NCBI RefSeq assembly: GCF_011386835.1 | Contig: NC_088794.1 | Span: 3,038,001 to 3,102,000 of the forward strand | Direction of reading: 5' to 3' | From: Chrysemys picta bellii | Lineage: Eukaryota | Length of the DNA: 64,000 nt | In this document: in pieces, positions 19,650 to 29,744 of the stretch | Layout: every line of letters starts with the position of its first letter | How positions within the stretch are numbered: the first letter of the stretch is position 1 | Made by a program: the position numbers and the translations under genes | The notes under the pieces: generated by a model | Seen by the model: the letters and a program-made list of their open reading frames with translations, nothing else | What the model was told of the DNA's origin: nothing | Databases searched by the model: none

Positions 19650-22600
19650 CTGGAATAAAGAGAGACATGGGGTCAGAGCTTCAAGAGAGCGTCACAGCTC
19701 CAAGAGTGAGTGGAGGCTGGTGCATCTGTAAGGGATGCCCACATACAGAGTGATAGAAGGCCATTCCCTCTGGGAGTCCCTGCCTCCCCCCTTCACTAGA
19801 GAAGAGGGCATGGATTCTGCATGGGACATACCATCATATATCTTACCTGCTGCACCCCCTTCCCTGAAATAACCCCCCTGAAATTCACACTGCTGTGACA
19901 TTTGCAGCCACTTCCTGCCTCAAGCCCTTAGCCAAACTGCAGAGATTCGGCTCCTTTAGCCTATGCCCTCCCCCCAGAAAACCCCCTCCAAGACTCACAC
20001 CTCTCCCCTATCTCTGAGATTCACACCCCACCGATACACATGCCTTCCCCAATTCTTACCTCTGTATCCATTCCCCAGAAAGCCGTTCAGGCCATACTTG
20101 GCCTCCTTGCCTCCTAAAAGGGGATGAGAGCAGATGAGAACCGGTCACAGGCCGTCCCGGTCTCTGCTGCCCAAAGGAGAATCGCTCTCCGTGGACAGCA
20201 CTAGAGGGCATAGGACACACACGCAAGAGCAGTTTTGGTTGCATCATCAGACAATAGGATGCAATGTGAATCTCCCCCCCGCACACTCCTACCGTATGCT
20301 GTTGGGGTTAGTCCGTAGCCCCCGGGAGCTTGCCCTGCTGTGAGTGGCCCGTATGCCCCTGCAACAGAGACAAGAGTTAGCAGGGGGCGCTGAGGGGAGT
20401 GGGGCAGGAGCACTGGCTGTGGGGGAAGCTCCCGCTACTCCAGTCCCAGGGGGGGATGCTGGGGTCGGGGGGGATCTTACCAGCAGCCAGTCCGTTAGCC
20501 TGCAGGTCCCCTCCGTTCGTATATCCTGGTCCGTTCCCGTTGCCTGCAGTGGTGGAAGGAGGAAATTAGCACAGGGAAGGGGCTTTGAGCCCCTGGGGAT
20601 GGGCACCCATGTGTCCAGACACAGGAGGAGAGCGGGCACCAATCTGGGCAGCCCCTGAGCATTTCTTACCATCCAGGGCACTGGGCCCAGCCAGTTGTGC
20701 CCCGTACATCAGCTGCCCCATGCCACCTGGAGGAGGAAACACAGTGGTGGCGGGAGATCAGCAGGAAAGCAGGAGATCCCACCAAGGGCTGGGAAGGAGA
20801 GTGGTGCTGAGACCCCAGGGAGCTTTTTCTAGGACTCTGGGACCCCGGCGTCCGGGTGGCCCTCATCCACTGGGGGCAGGGATGGGAATGGATATCCCAG
20901 CAGGGCTGCTGCACGGTTTCCTGCCAGCACCCAGCCCGGGGCACTGCAGGCCATAGGGGAAATGCCCGGGGTCTCCTGGTTAGTTTAGGCATGGCAGGGT
21001 TAGCGGGGGCCATTCTGGCACCCCACCCCACATCTCTGCACAGGGTGCGGGGGCTAAGATATTGGGCAGCCTAGCACAGACCCCTGTGCCCCAAATAACA
21101 CTCCTGGAGGGGTGACTGCCCCCTACAATCTCCTCTATAACAACCCTCTGGACAAGTTCCACCCCCCATACGAGCCCAGAGTCCCTACCCACACCTACCG
21201 TATTTCCCAGCGCTGTAGTCTCCCCCTAGACCGGTGGGCATGGCCTGTTGGGGCTGCCCATTATATGGGAGCTGGCCCAGGCCTGCAACATAGACAGAGT
21301 GTCAGGATGGGGGGATAACTCCCCTTTGTGTCCCCCTTGAGCCAGCCAGTTCCCCACACTGGGGCTGGATTGGAGCAAAAGGCCCCATGGCCCATTTCCT
21401 ATCCCCCCAAACCGGGCAGTCCCCTGCCCTGCGGTCAGGACTCACCAAATTTAGCAGCCGAGAGATCTGTGCTAGGGCCAGCGAAACGCCCTAAGTATGC
21501 GGCCTGGGCACCTGGGGATGGGATAATATAAGGCAGTTAGCTTGGCCAGTGCCCCTCACTCCCGACCCGCAGCCCCCTGCTAGCCCAGCCCTGGGCCCCC
21601 CCCAGCCCTGCCGGTGCCCCTCACTCCCGACCCGCAGCCCCTGCTAGCCCAGCCCTGGGCTCCCCCCCAGCTCTGCCGGTGCCCCTCACTCCCGACCCGC
21701 AGCCCCCTGCTAGCCCAGCCCTGGGCCCCCCCCAGCCCTGCCGGTGCCCCTCACTCCCGACCCGCAGCCCCTGCTTGCCCAGCCCTGGGCTCCCCCCCAG
21801 CTCTGCCGGTGCCCCTCACTCCCGACCCGCAGCCCCCTGCTAGCCCAGCCCTGGGCCCCCCCCCAGCCCTGCCGGTGCCCCTCACTCCCGACCCGCAGCC
21901 CCTGCTAGCCCAGCCCTGGGCCCCCCCCCCCAGCTCTGCCGGTGCCCCTCACTCCCGACCCACAGCCCCTGCTAGCCCAACCCTGGGCTCCCCCCCAGCT
22001 CTGCCGGTGCCCCTCACTCCCAACCCGCAGCCCCTGCTAGCCCAGCCCTGCCCCCCCCAGCTCTGCCGGTGCCCCTCACTCCCAACCCGCAGCCCCTGCC
22101 AGCCCAGCCCTGTCCCCCCACAGCTCTGCTGGTGCCCCTCACTCCCGACCCGCAGCCCCTGCTAGTCCATCCCTGGGCTCTCCCCCCAGCTCTGCTGGTG
22201 CCCCTCACTCCCGACCCGCAGCCCCCTGCTAACCCAGCTCTGTCCCCCCCCAGCTCTGCCAGTGCCCCTCAATCCTATCCCTCTGTCATTGGACACACCG
22301 TTGCCGTATCCTGACTGGACTCCGGCTCCAGGGTGACTGTTCCCTCCTGCACTGTAGCCTAGAAGATAGATGGGAGATCAGCCAGGCTCAGCCTTGGTGT
22401 GTGTGAAGGGGGTATATTTTGGGGTATATCCCCTTACCATTCCCATAGCCGGGCTGTGCTCCGTTGACTAGGTACCCACCGCCTACTCCGGGATAGCCTA
22501 CAGAGCCAAGAGAATCCAGATCAGCCACAAATTGGGGTGCACTGCTCCAGTCCCGGCCTCTCCCAGCAGGGGGCGCTGTGGGGAGTGGGGCAGGGCGCTG

Positions 22601-25600
22601 GCTGTGTGGGGAGCAGCCTCTCTATTCCAGCCCTGGCCTTAGCTTATGCCCCTTACCTTGTTGAGCTGTGGGGTAGCTGCCAGCTCTGGGTCCTGCCCCA
22701 AAACCTGTGGGGAGGAGAACCCAGAATGAGATCAACCCAGACCCTGAAGAATCTGGCTTCCACACTGTGGGCTCTGGCATTTGGGGGTGGGATCATGGGG
22801 GGCGGAGAGGGATAGAGTAATGGGGGGGGGTTGGTTAGCAGGGGGTTGGGACCTGTGGGGGGAGGGCTTTCAACCCCTTCAGGGCCCCCACAGCCCAGTG
22901 AGCCCTTCTCCCCCCAGGGAGTTGGAGGGTGCTCTCCTCAAGGTGTCATTGGTGTGAGTGGTGGGATCTCCAGTGAGAAAAGAAACAGGTGGTGGGGGAT
23001 GGGGAAGAGGACACAGGACGGGGCGCACATCAAGAGGGATGGAGACACTGCAGGGGACACCAATGGGGGGTGCATGGGAGGGATTCCCTGCTTTGGAGGC
23101 TTTGCCAGCCACCCCAAGGCCTGTTGGGGAGGAAAAGCAGAGGGGTCAGGGTGCGTGGGGGTGGGGGGCGTGTAGTGGAGGGCCAGGCACTGATCTCCCT
23201 GAGAAGGGGCAGTTGGAGGAGCAGAGTGGGTATGAGAATATAAGGGGCAGTGGGGTCCGACTCACCTCCCAGGGGCAGCGCAGCATGGAAGTACCCTGAA
23301 ATAGACACACAGAGTACAGGGGGAACCCTCAATCCTGACCCACAGCCCCCTGCTAGCCCAGTCCTGCCACCACAGCTCTGCTGGTGCCCCTCAATGCTGA
23401 CCCACAGCCCCTGCTAGCCCAGTCCTGCCCCCACAGCTCTGCTGGTGCCCCTCAATGCTGACCCACAGCCCCCTGCTAGCCCAGTCCTGCCCCCACAGCT
23501 CTGCCAGTGTCCCTCAATGCTGACCCACAGCCCCCTGCTATCCCAGTCCTGCCCCCACAGCTCTGCCGGTGCCCCTCAGTGCTGACCCACAGCCCCCTGC
23601 TAGCTCAGCCCTGCCCCCACAGCTCTGCTGGTGCCCCTCAATGCTGACCCACTGCCCCCTGCTATCCCAATCCTGCCCTCCACAGCTCTGCCGATGCCCC
23701 TCACTCCTGACCTGCAGCCCCCTGCCAGCCCAGTCCTGCCCGCCCCCCCAGCTCTGCTGGTGCCCCTCACTCCCGACCCGCAGCCACTTTGTTTACACTC
23801 ACCTGGTTTTTGTTTTGCACCCTGGGGATAACCACCTAATCCTGGAAAAAGGATAATGGGAATCTATGAGGATACTGGGAGGGGTGTGGAGCCTTATGGG
23901 TTAGAGCAGGGGGGCTGGGAGCCAGGACTCCTGGGTTCTATCCCCTGCTCCGAGAGGGGAGTGGGGACTGGTGGGTTCAGCCGAGGGGTAGCACCACGGA
24001 TACCCACGGCCCATTTTTGTGGCTGGCGGCTGGGCTGCGGACACAGATGTTGTACCCGCGCCGCTCACGCTCTGCACCCAGCCCTCGGGCTCCAAATCCT
24101 GCCCCGCTCTCTCCATCCCGCAGCAGCGCATGTGGCTCTGCGGGATTCTGGGAGTTGTAGTCCCAAGCTGCCTCGGCCTGAGGGGAGCGCACCAGGCGCT
24201 ATTTTGAACAAGGCGTGGTTGTGCTTTAAACTCCCGGGCAGCGGGCGCTGTGAGCAGAGTACGTCTGTGCCCGGGTGTGGGGGTGTTCCAGCCACTTGGG
24301 AGGACGGTGCTGCATGCCAGGGCCCCAGAGGGGAGGCAGCCCCCAGCCCCAAGTGGGGCCGGAGGTCCATGGGGCAGGGCAGGTGGGGTGTCTGTGGGAG
24401 GCTGAGGCTTGACACAGCCCTGTCACTGCTGTGTGGTGCCCTGCAGAGCTGTTTGTGTCCGCGCAGGGCTCAGCAGTCCTCGATGTCAGGACTCCTGGGT
24501 TCTTTCCCTTGCCAAGCCCCAGCCCCGTGCCTCAGTTTCCCTCTCCATACTTGAGGTTCACTATGGCCGTTCCCTCACCAACAGCCAGATGGGGGCAGGC
24601 TGGGGGCGGACAAGTTTCCCCCCATCCGCAGTGTCCTGGGATGTCTCTAGTTGTGCGATTGCACAAGGGAGCAGGCTTCCCCAGCTCTGCGGGGAAAGCC
24701 GGGACCCCTGCGTCCAGCCTGCACCAAATCGCCGTGCTTTGGATTCCAATCAGCCGGTGAGAGAGAGCCGTGAGCTCTCCCACACACTAGAACCCCGGCC
24801 CTCTGTCGCCCAGGTTTGGGACTCGGGGCAGTGAGGACTGCAAAGGGGACATGGGGGCGCTCCTACCTGCACCATAACCAGCGGGGACCCCATAGCCTGT
24901 GCAGAAAGAAGGAGAGAGGGGTTAGAGCCAGACATGTTTGTGGGAGAGTGCACAGTGCTGCCCACTGCTGGAGGGGATCAGGACTGTGTGTGTGTCAGGT
25001 GCCCTATAGTGCTCGGAGCTAACAGGGATTCTCCTTTAGCGCCACACTCCCCAGAGAGGACTCCAGTATTTCTATGCCCAGTGGGTCAGGGATTCACCCT
25101 GCCAAGGTGGGCAGAGAAAGGAGCCTTTGCCCTCAGTGGGGCACTCGATCTCCACTCACCTGCTTTGCCCGGCTTCACCCGTACACCTGGTGCTACTCCA
25201 AACCCGTTCTGAGTTCCTGCTGGGAACAGAGAGGAAAGGGATTAGCTGGGAGGATCAGCGGATGAGATGGGCTCCATCTCTGCTGGGGGAACAGTCCCTC
25301 TCAGATGGAGCTGGCCAGGTCTCTGCCCTGGGTGGGACGGATCTGGAAGGATCTCAGGGTGTGGGGTCTCATGACTGGAGGACATGTCTTCTGGAATCCC
25401 ACCACCCAACCGTCCCTGCTCCCGACCAGCACAGTTTGGGAAGGAGCTGAGACCAGACGTCACAAGCACAGTGGGCAGCCCCCAAACCACCCAGCAACTT
25501 CCGCCCCTAGCCTCCCACCCCCCCAGCCCCACACCCAGGGCTCACCCGGTCCCGGCTGCAGTCCTTGGGGTCCATAGCCGGTGTATGGTCCTGGAAGGAA

Positions 25601-27022
25601 GGAGCAGACACTAGGGTTGAAGGATGCAGCAAACGCACCATCACAGTTCGCTACATGGGAGTCGGACCTAGTGGGTTAGAGCAGGGGGGCCTGGAGCCAG
25701 GACTCCTGGGTTCTATCCCAGCTGTGGGAGAGAAGTGGGGTCTGGGGTAGGGGCTGGGTGTCACCCACCTGCCTTGGCTCCGGCTGGTCCCAGTCCAGCT
25801 CCAGGGTGAACTCCCCCTTCGCCTGCAACCCATATAGCACATGGGGTGAGCCAGTCCCCTGTGCGGGCCCCCCGCCCCGCTCTCCTGTTGGGAGACCATC
25901 CCCCCTCCCCTGAGAATGCTGGGTCCAGCTCAGCCAGCTAGCCAGGGACCCCCTGGGCAGCCCTGTCCCCTTTCCTCCAGCCCCTCTCTGGATCCTTCAT
26001 CCAGCCTCGTACACACCCCTTCCCTCTCTCTCTCCATCCACGCCCAGTGCCCCCTCTCTTCCCCCTAACATCACGGTCTGCCCGCTCAGGAACACCTCCC
26101 CCTGTGCCCGGCTGGGGGCGCCACTTACCCCGGATCAGCGATGGCAGGTAGAGACGCCCTAGGGCTCCGTTTGCCTGCGGTTTCACTCCTGGGAGGGGGT
26201 ACAGAGTGGGGGGCATAGGGGAGCTGTCAGAGATAGGGTATCCCTAGAGAAGCGCTGAGGTACAGGGTGGTCAGGGGACACCAAGAGGCTGGGATTCCTG
26301 GGAGATATGAGGGGATTGTGGGTTGAGGGTCCCTGCAAGAATGGGGTGGGGAGTTGGTGACCCTGGCAGAGGGGGGCACTGAGGACGGGGGGCGCTTTGG
26401 GGCAGGGACCCATGGGAAGGGAGGCTGGGAGCAACTCCAGAGCAACAGGTAGAACCCAGGAGTCCTGGTTCCCAGCCCCACGCATGGGCGAGGACAAGGG
26501 CGGCTGGCAGCACCTGAACTGGGACTTTGTGAACCAATCCAGGACTCCTGGGTTTTCTTCCAGCTCTGGGAGGGGAGTGGGTCTGGTGGGTGAGAGCAGG
26601 GGGAGCTGGGAGCCAGGACTCCTGGGTTCTCTCCCGGCTCTGGGAGGGGATGGGGGTCTGGTGGGTGAGAGCAGGGGGGGGCTGGGAGCCAGGACTCCTG
26701 GGTTCTCTCCTGGCTCTGGGAAGGGAATCAATCTAATCTCATCCTTAATTCGACCCCCGTCTCAGTTTCTCTCCCCTCAGCCAGGGGCTAGACACCCCTC
26801 CCCCGAACTGCAGAGCTGCCCCCAAGTGTCCCCTCTGGCCCCCAGGACCTGCTGCACCCCACAGGGGCAGTGCCATCATATGAGGCAGCCCTGGCCCCCC
26901 CCACTATCCCGTCCCGCCCCAGCCCCCCTGCCCTGCTCACCCCCCTGCAGGCTGCCCCTGGCCAGGCACAGCAACAACAGCAGCATCAAAAGCAGCCCAG
27001 CGTGCAGGGTCCCCAGCCCCAT
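19624..27022 (-). CDS. GREP1: Secreted glycine-rich, tropoelastin-like extracellular protein (probable GREP1/calymmin-like); 18 confident exons (327 aa) plus 1 candidate exon (347 aa)
   Basis: Signal-peptide exon, 16-17 internal exons of 30-84 nt (all multiples of 3, all phase 1-1, all GT-AG with pyrimidine tracts), and terminal exon GRCPSGKC*. The gene structure is read directly from the sequence; the name is inferred from its position between PKMYT1 and CLDN9. Confidence 0.75.
20060..20113 (-). CDS. GREP1: GREP1-like exon 17 (GGKEAKYGLNGFLGNGYR)
   Basis: 54 nt; ttttag|GAGGC..AGAG|gtaaga. Confidence 0.9.
20293..20358 (-). CDS. GREP1: GREP1-like exon 16 (GAYGPLTAGQAPGGYGLTPTAY)
   Basis: 66 nt; ttgcag|GGGCA..TACG|gtagga. 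Confidence 0.88.
20481..20543 (-). CDS. GREP1: GREP1-like exon 15 (GNGNGPGYTNGGDLQANGLAA)
   Basis: 63 nt; ctgcag|GCAAC..GCTG|gtaaga. Confidence 0.88.
20670..20726 (-). CDS. GREP1: GREP1-like exon 14 (GGMGQLMYGAQLAGPSALD)
   Basis: 57 nt; ctccag|GTGGC..GATG|gtaaga. Confidence 0.88.
21199..21282 (-). CDS. GREP1: GREP1-like exon 13 (GLGQLPYNGQPQQAMPTGLGGDYSAGKY)
   Basis: 84 nt; ttgcag|GCCTG..TACG|gtaggt. Confidence 0.9.
21446..21511 (-). CDS. GREP1: GREP1-like exon 12 (GAQAAYLGRFAGPSTDLSAAKF)
   Basis: 66 nt; ccccag|GTGCC..TTTG|gtgagt. Confidence 0.88.
21541..22270. repeat. Sat-A minisatellite array (intronic)
   Basis: C-rich strand on +, ~63-bp unit. Confidence 0.95.
22299..22358 (-). CDS. 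GREP1: GREP1-like exon 11 (GYSAGGNSHPGAGVQSGYGN)
   Basis: 60 nt; ttctag|GCTAC..AACG|gtgtgt. Confidence 0.83.
22438..22497 (-). CDS. GREP1: GREP1-like exon 10 (GYPGVGGGYLVNGAQPGYGN)
   Basis: 60 nt; ctgtag|GCTAT..AATG|gtaagg. Confidence 0.9.
22657..22704 (-). CDS. GREP1: GREP1-like exon 9 (GFGAGPRAGSYPTAQQ)
   Basis: 48 nt; ccacag|GTTTT..CAAG|gtaagg. Confidence 0.88.
23061..23120 (-). CDS. GREP1: GREP1-like candidate exon 8b (GLGVAGKASKAGNPSHAPPI)
   Basis: Strong acceptor cttttcctccccaacag, 60 nt in frame, but weak donor ATTG|gtgtcc. Confidence 0.5.
23266..23295 (-). CDS. GREP1: GREP1-like exon 8 (GYFHAALPLG)
   Basis: 30 nt; tttcag|GGTAC..GGAG|gtgagt. Confidence 0.83.
23337..23785. repeat. 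Diverged Sat-A array (intronic)
   Basis: cccctcaatgctgacccacagccccctgctagcccagtcctg variant units. Confidence 0.9.
23803..23841 (-). CDS. GREP1: GREP1-like exon 7 (GLGGYPQGAKQKP)
   Basis: 39 nt; tttccag|GATT..CCAG|gtgagt. Confidence 0.88.
24148..24162 (-). promoter_or_regulatory. ACTACA..TCCCAG motif (ZNF143/THAP11-type) in an intronic CpG-rich patch
   Basis: GACTACAACTCCCAG on minus strand; TTTGAA at 24203-24208. Confidence 0.5.
24867..24896 (-). CDS. GREP1: GREP1-like exon 6 (GYGVPAGYGA)
   Basis: 30 nt; cacag|GCTAT..GCAG|gtagga. Confidence 0.87.
25160..25219 (-). CDS. GREP1: GREP1-like exon 5 (AGTQNGFGVAPGVRVKPGKA)
   Basis: 60 nt (57 nt with the second acceptor of a CAGCAG pair); donor GCAG|gtgagt. 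Confidence 0.88.
25546..25590 (-). CDS. GREP1: GREP1-like exon 4 (GPYTGYGPQGLQPGP)
   Basis: 45 nt; ttccag|GACC..CCGG|gtgagc. Confidence 0.88.
25769..25822 (-). CDS. GREP1: GREP1-like exon 3 (GEGGVHPGAGLGPAGAKA)
   Basis: 54 nt; ttgcag|GCG..GCAG|gtgggt. Confidence 0.82.
26129..26188 (-). CDS. GREP1: GREP1-like exon 2 (GVKPQANGALGRLYLPSLIR)
   Basis: 60 nt; cccag|GAGTG..CGGG|gtaagt. Confidence 0.88.
26941..27022 (-). CDS. GREP1: GREP1-like exon 1, signal peptide MGLGTLHAGLLLMLLLLLCLARGSLQG
   Basis: gccATGG start, hydrophobic Leu core, donor GGGG|gtgagc. Confidence 0.9.
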
Positions 27023-27052
27023 GGCGATGTGAGCTCCCCCTCAAGCCCTGGG

Positions 27053-27062
27053 CCCCTATATA
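27053..27062 (-). promoter_or_regulatory. TATA box of the GREP1-like gene
   Basis: TATATAGGGG on minus strand, 31-40 nt upstream of the ATG. Confidence 0.7.
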
Positions 27063-27129
27063 CCCATGGCCCCGCCCCCCCAGGGAACGGCTCTGCCCCT
27101 GGCCCCACCCCCAGCGACCCACTGCCGGG

Positions 27130-27640
27130 AGGGGGGAGCCCCTGCAAGGGAATGTGTGTGATACACCCGCACACCAATAGACACACTCCATGGCTCGCAA
27201 TGAAACACACACACACTGATACCCTTGCAGCGATACACACACACATAGAGACGTACACACTGTTACACTGATACACACACACCTTGAAACACACACTGAT
27301 CCACAGAGACACACTGATCCCCACACACAGGCACCCTGATCCACACACAAATATACACCCCCATCGACACACATACTGATACACCCCCACACCCTGTTCC
27401 ACGCACACACTGATACAACCGTTGATAGACACCTATCCACACACACATACATTGATACATGCAAACACAACCGGAGACACACACAGTGATCCACACAACC
27501 TCACGCACCATCCACCCACGCAAACAGACACACACCCCACATTGTGCACACACCATCCGCGGATACACTAACACACACACTAACATCCCACAGGCGTGCA
27601 CACAGTTGCAAACAGTCACACAACACAGCTGTGTGTGCAC
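27130..27640. repeat. CA-rich low-complexity tract
   Basis: Interrupted (CA)n/ACAC tract upstream of the TATA box. Confidence 0.9.
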
Positions 27641-27771
27641 ACGGAGCAGGGGTCAACCCCTCAAGCAGGAGGTGGCACTAGGGACGCCCCCCCACAGGCA
27701 CACAAACGTTAACTGCAGCTTGTCAAAACGGGGTGTATGATTATGTAATTGTGTCTGCAATGTTGGAGTGG

Positions 27772-29281
27772 GGCTGCGGGTCGGGAGTGAGGGGCACCGG
27801 CAGAGCTGGGGGGGTGCAGGGCTGGGCTGGCAGGGGGCTGCGGGTCGGGAGTGAGGGGCACCGGCAGAGCTGGGGGAGGCAGGGCTGGGCTAGCAGGGGC
27901 TGCGGGTCGGGAGTGAGGGGCACCGGCAGAGCTGGGGGGACAGGGCTGGGCTGGCAGGGGCTGCGGGTCGGGAGTGAGGGGCACCGGCAGAGCTGGGGGG
28001 GGGCAGGGCTGGGCTGGCAGGGGCTGCGGGTCGGGAGTGAGGGGACCGGCAGAGCTGGAGGGGGCAGGGCTGGGCTAGCAGGGGCTGCGGGTCGGGAGTG
28101 AGGGGACCGGCAGAGCTGGAGGGGGCAGGGCTGGGCTAGCAGGGGCTGCGGGTCGGGAGTGAGGGGACCGGCAGAGCTGGAGGGGGCAGGGCTGGGCTAG
28201 CAGGGGCTGCGGGTCGGGAGTGAGGGGCACCGGCAGAGCTGTGGGAGGCAGGGCTGGGCTGGCAGGGGCTGCGGGTCAGGAGTGAGGGGCACCGGCAGAG
28301 CTGTGGGAGGCAGGGCTGGGCTGGCAGGGGCTGCGGGTCGGGAGTGAGGGGCACCGGCAGAGCTGGGGGAGGCAGGGCTGGGCTCGCAGGGGGCTGCGGG
28401 TCGGGAGTGAGGGGCACCGGCAGAGCTGGGGGGGCAGGGCTGGGCTAGCAGGGGCTGCGGGTCGGGAGTGAGGGGCACCGGCAGAGCTGGGGGGGCAGGG
28501 CTGGGCTCGCAGGGGGCTGCGGGTCGGGAGTGAGGGGCACCGGCAGAGCTGGGCTGGCAGGGGCTGCGGGTCGGGAGTGAGGGGCACCGGCAGAGCTGGG
28601 GGAGGCAGGGCTGGGCTAGCAGGGGCTGCGGGTCGGGAGTGAGGGGCACCGGCAGAGCAGGGGGGGCAGGGCTGGGCTAGCAGGGGCTGCGGGTTGGGAG
28701 TGAGGGGCACCGGCAGAGCTGGGGGGGGGGGGCAGGGCTGGGCTGGCAGGGGCTGCGGGTCGGGAGTGAGGGGCACCGGCAGAGCTGAGGGAGGCAGGGC
28801 TGGGCTGGCAGGGGCTGCGGGTCGGGAGTGAGGGGCACCGGCAGAGCTGGGGGGGGGGGGGGCAGGGCTGGGCTGGCAGGGGCTGCGGGTCGGGAGTGAG
28901 GGGCACCGGCAGAGCAGGGGGGAGGCAGGGCTGGGCTCGCAGGGGGCTGCGGGTCGGGAGTGAGGGGCACCGGCAGAGCTGGGGGGGGGGGGCAGGGCTG
29001 GGCTAGCAGGGGCTGCGGGTCGGGAGTGAGGGGCACCGGCAGAGCTGGGGGGGCAGGGGCTGCGGGTCAGGAGTGAGGGGCACCGGCAGAGCTGGGGGGG
29101 CAGGGCTGGGCTCGCAGGGGGCTGCGGCTCGGGAGTGAGGGGCACCGGCAGAGCTGGGGGGGCAGGGCTGGGCTGGCAGGGGGCTGCGGGTCGGGAGTGA
29201 GGGGCACCGGCAGAGCTGGGGAGAGGCAGGGCTGGGCTGGCAGGGGCTGCGGGTCGGGAGTGAGGGGCACCGGCAGAGCTG
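27772..29281. repeat. Sat-A minisatellite array (~24 units)
   Basis: G-rich strand on +. Confidence 0.95.
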
Positions 29282-29744
29282 GCCTAAGAGCCCAGGGCTG
29301 GGCTGGCCTCAGCCTCTTGTGATACAGAATTGTTAAGGGCCTCCGGTGCTGTGGGCTTCCTCCCAGCAGTGCCCTGGCAGCTGACGGCCGTGCTGGAAGC
29401 GAACGCCAGCGCGCGCCCTGCTGAGGAAGCCATAAAGCCGCAGGATAATTCGCTCTGTCTGTTGTCACCGGCCAAGGTAAACGCTGGGCCCCCGGCCCGG
29501 CTGGTAAAACACCGATCCCTGCGGTCGGCAAACAGCCCTCCAGCCAGCTCGGCAATGAGTCCGACCCGGTTGTGTCTGAAGAGTCTGGAGGTGTGGGGGA
29601 TCGTGTGTCGGGAGGGGGGGCTGACCCCCAGATCCTGCCCTATGGGGAGACCTCTGTTAGGATGGGGGGAAATGGAAGGGTCAGGGAGAGGATTGGTGTG
29701 TATGTGAGCTGCACTGCCCCCTGCTGGAGGGACCATATATAGCA

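Noticed and set aside
24005-24040. Extra elastin-like exon (AQPPATKMGR) at acceptor gtccgcag
   Set aside because: No GT donor in phase 1; available GTs give phase 2 and would break the frame
26870-27271. Plus-strand ORF with a poly-Gln tract
   Set aside because: It is the antisense of the poly-Leu signal peptide exon of the elastin-like gene
27709-29145. Long Pro-rich ORFs (PLTPDPQP..) here and in every Sat-A array
   Set aside because: Translations of a 63-bp satellite, open in several frames and on both strands
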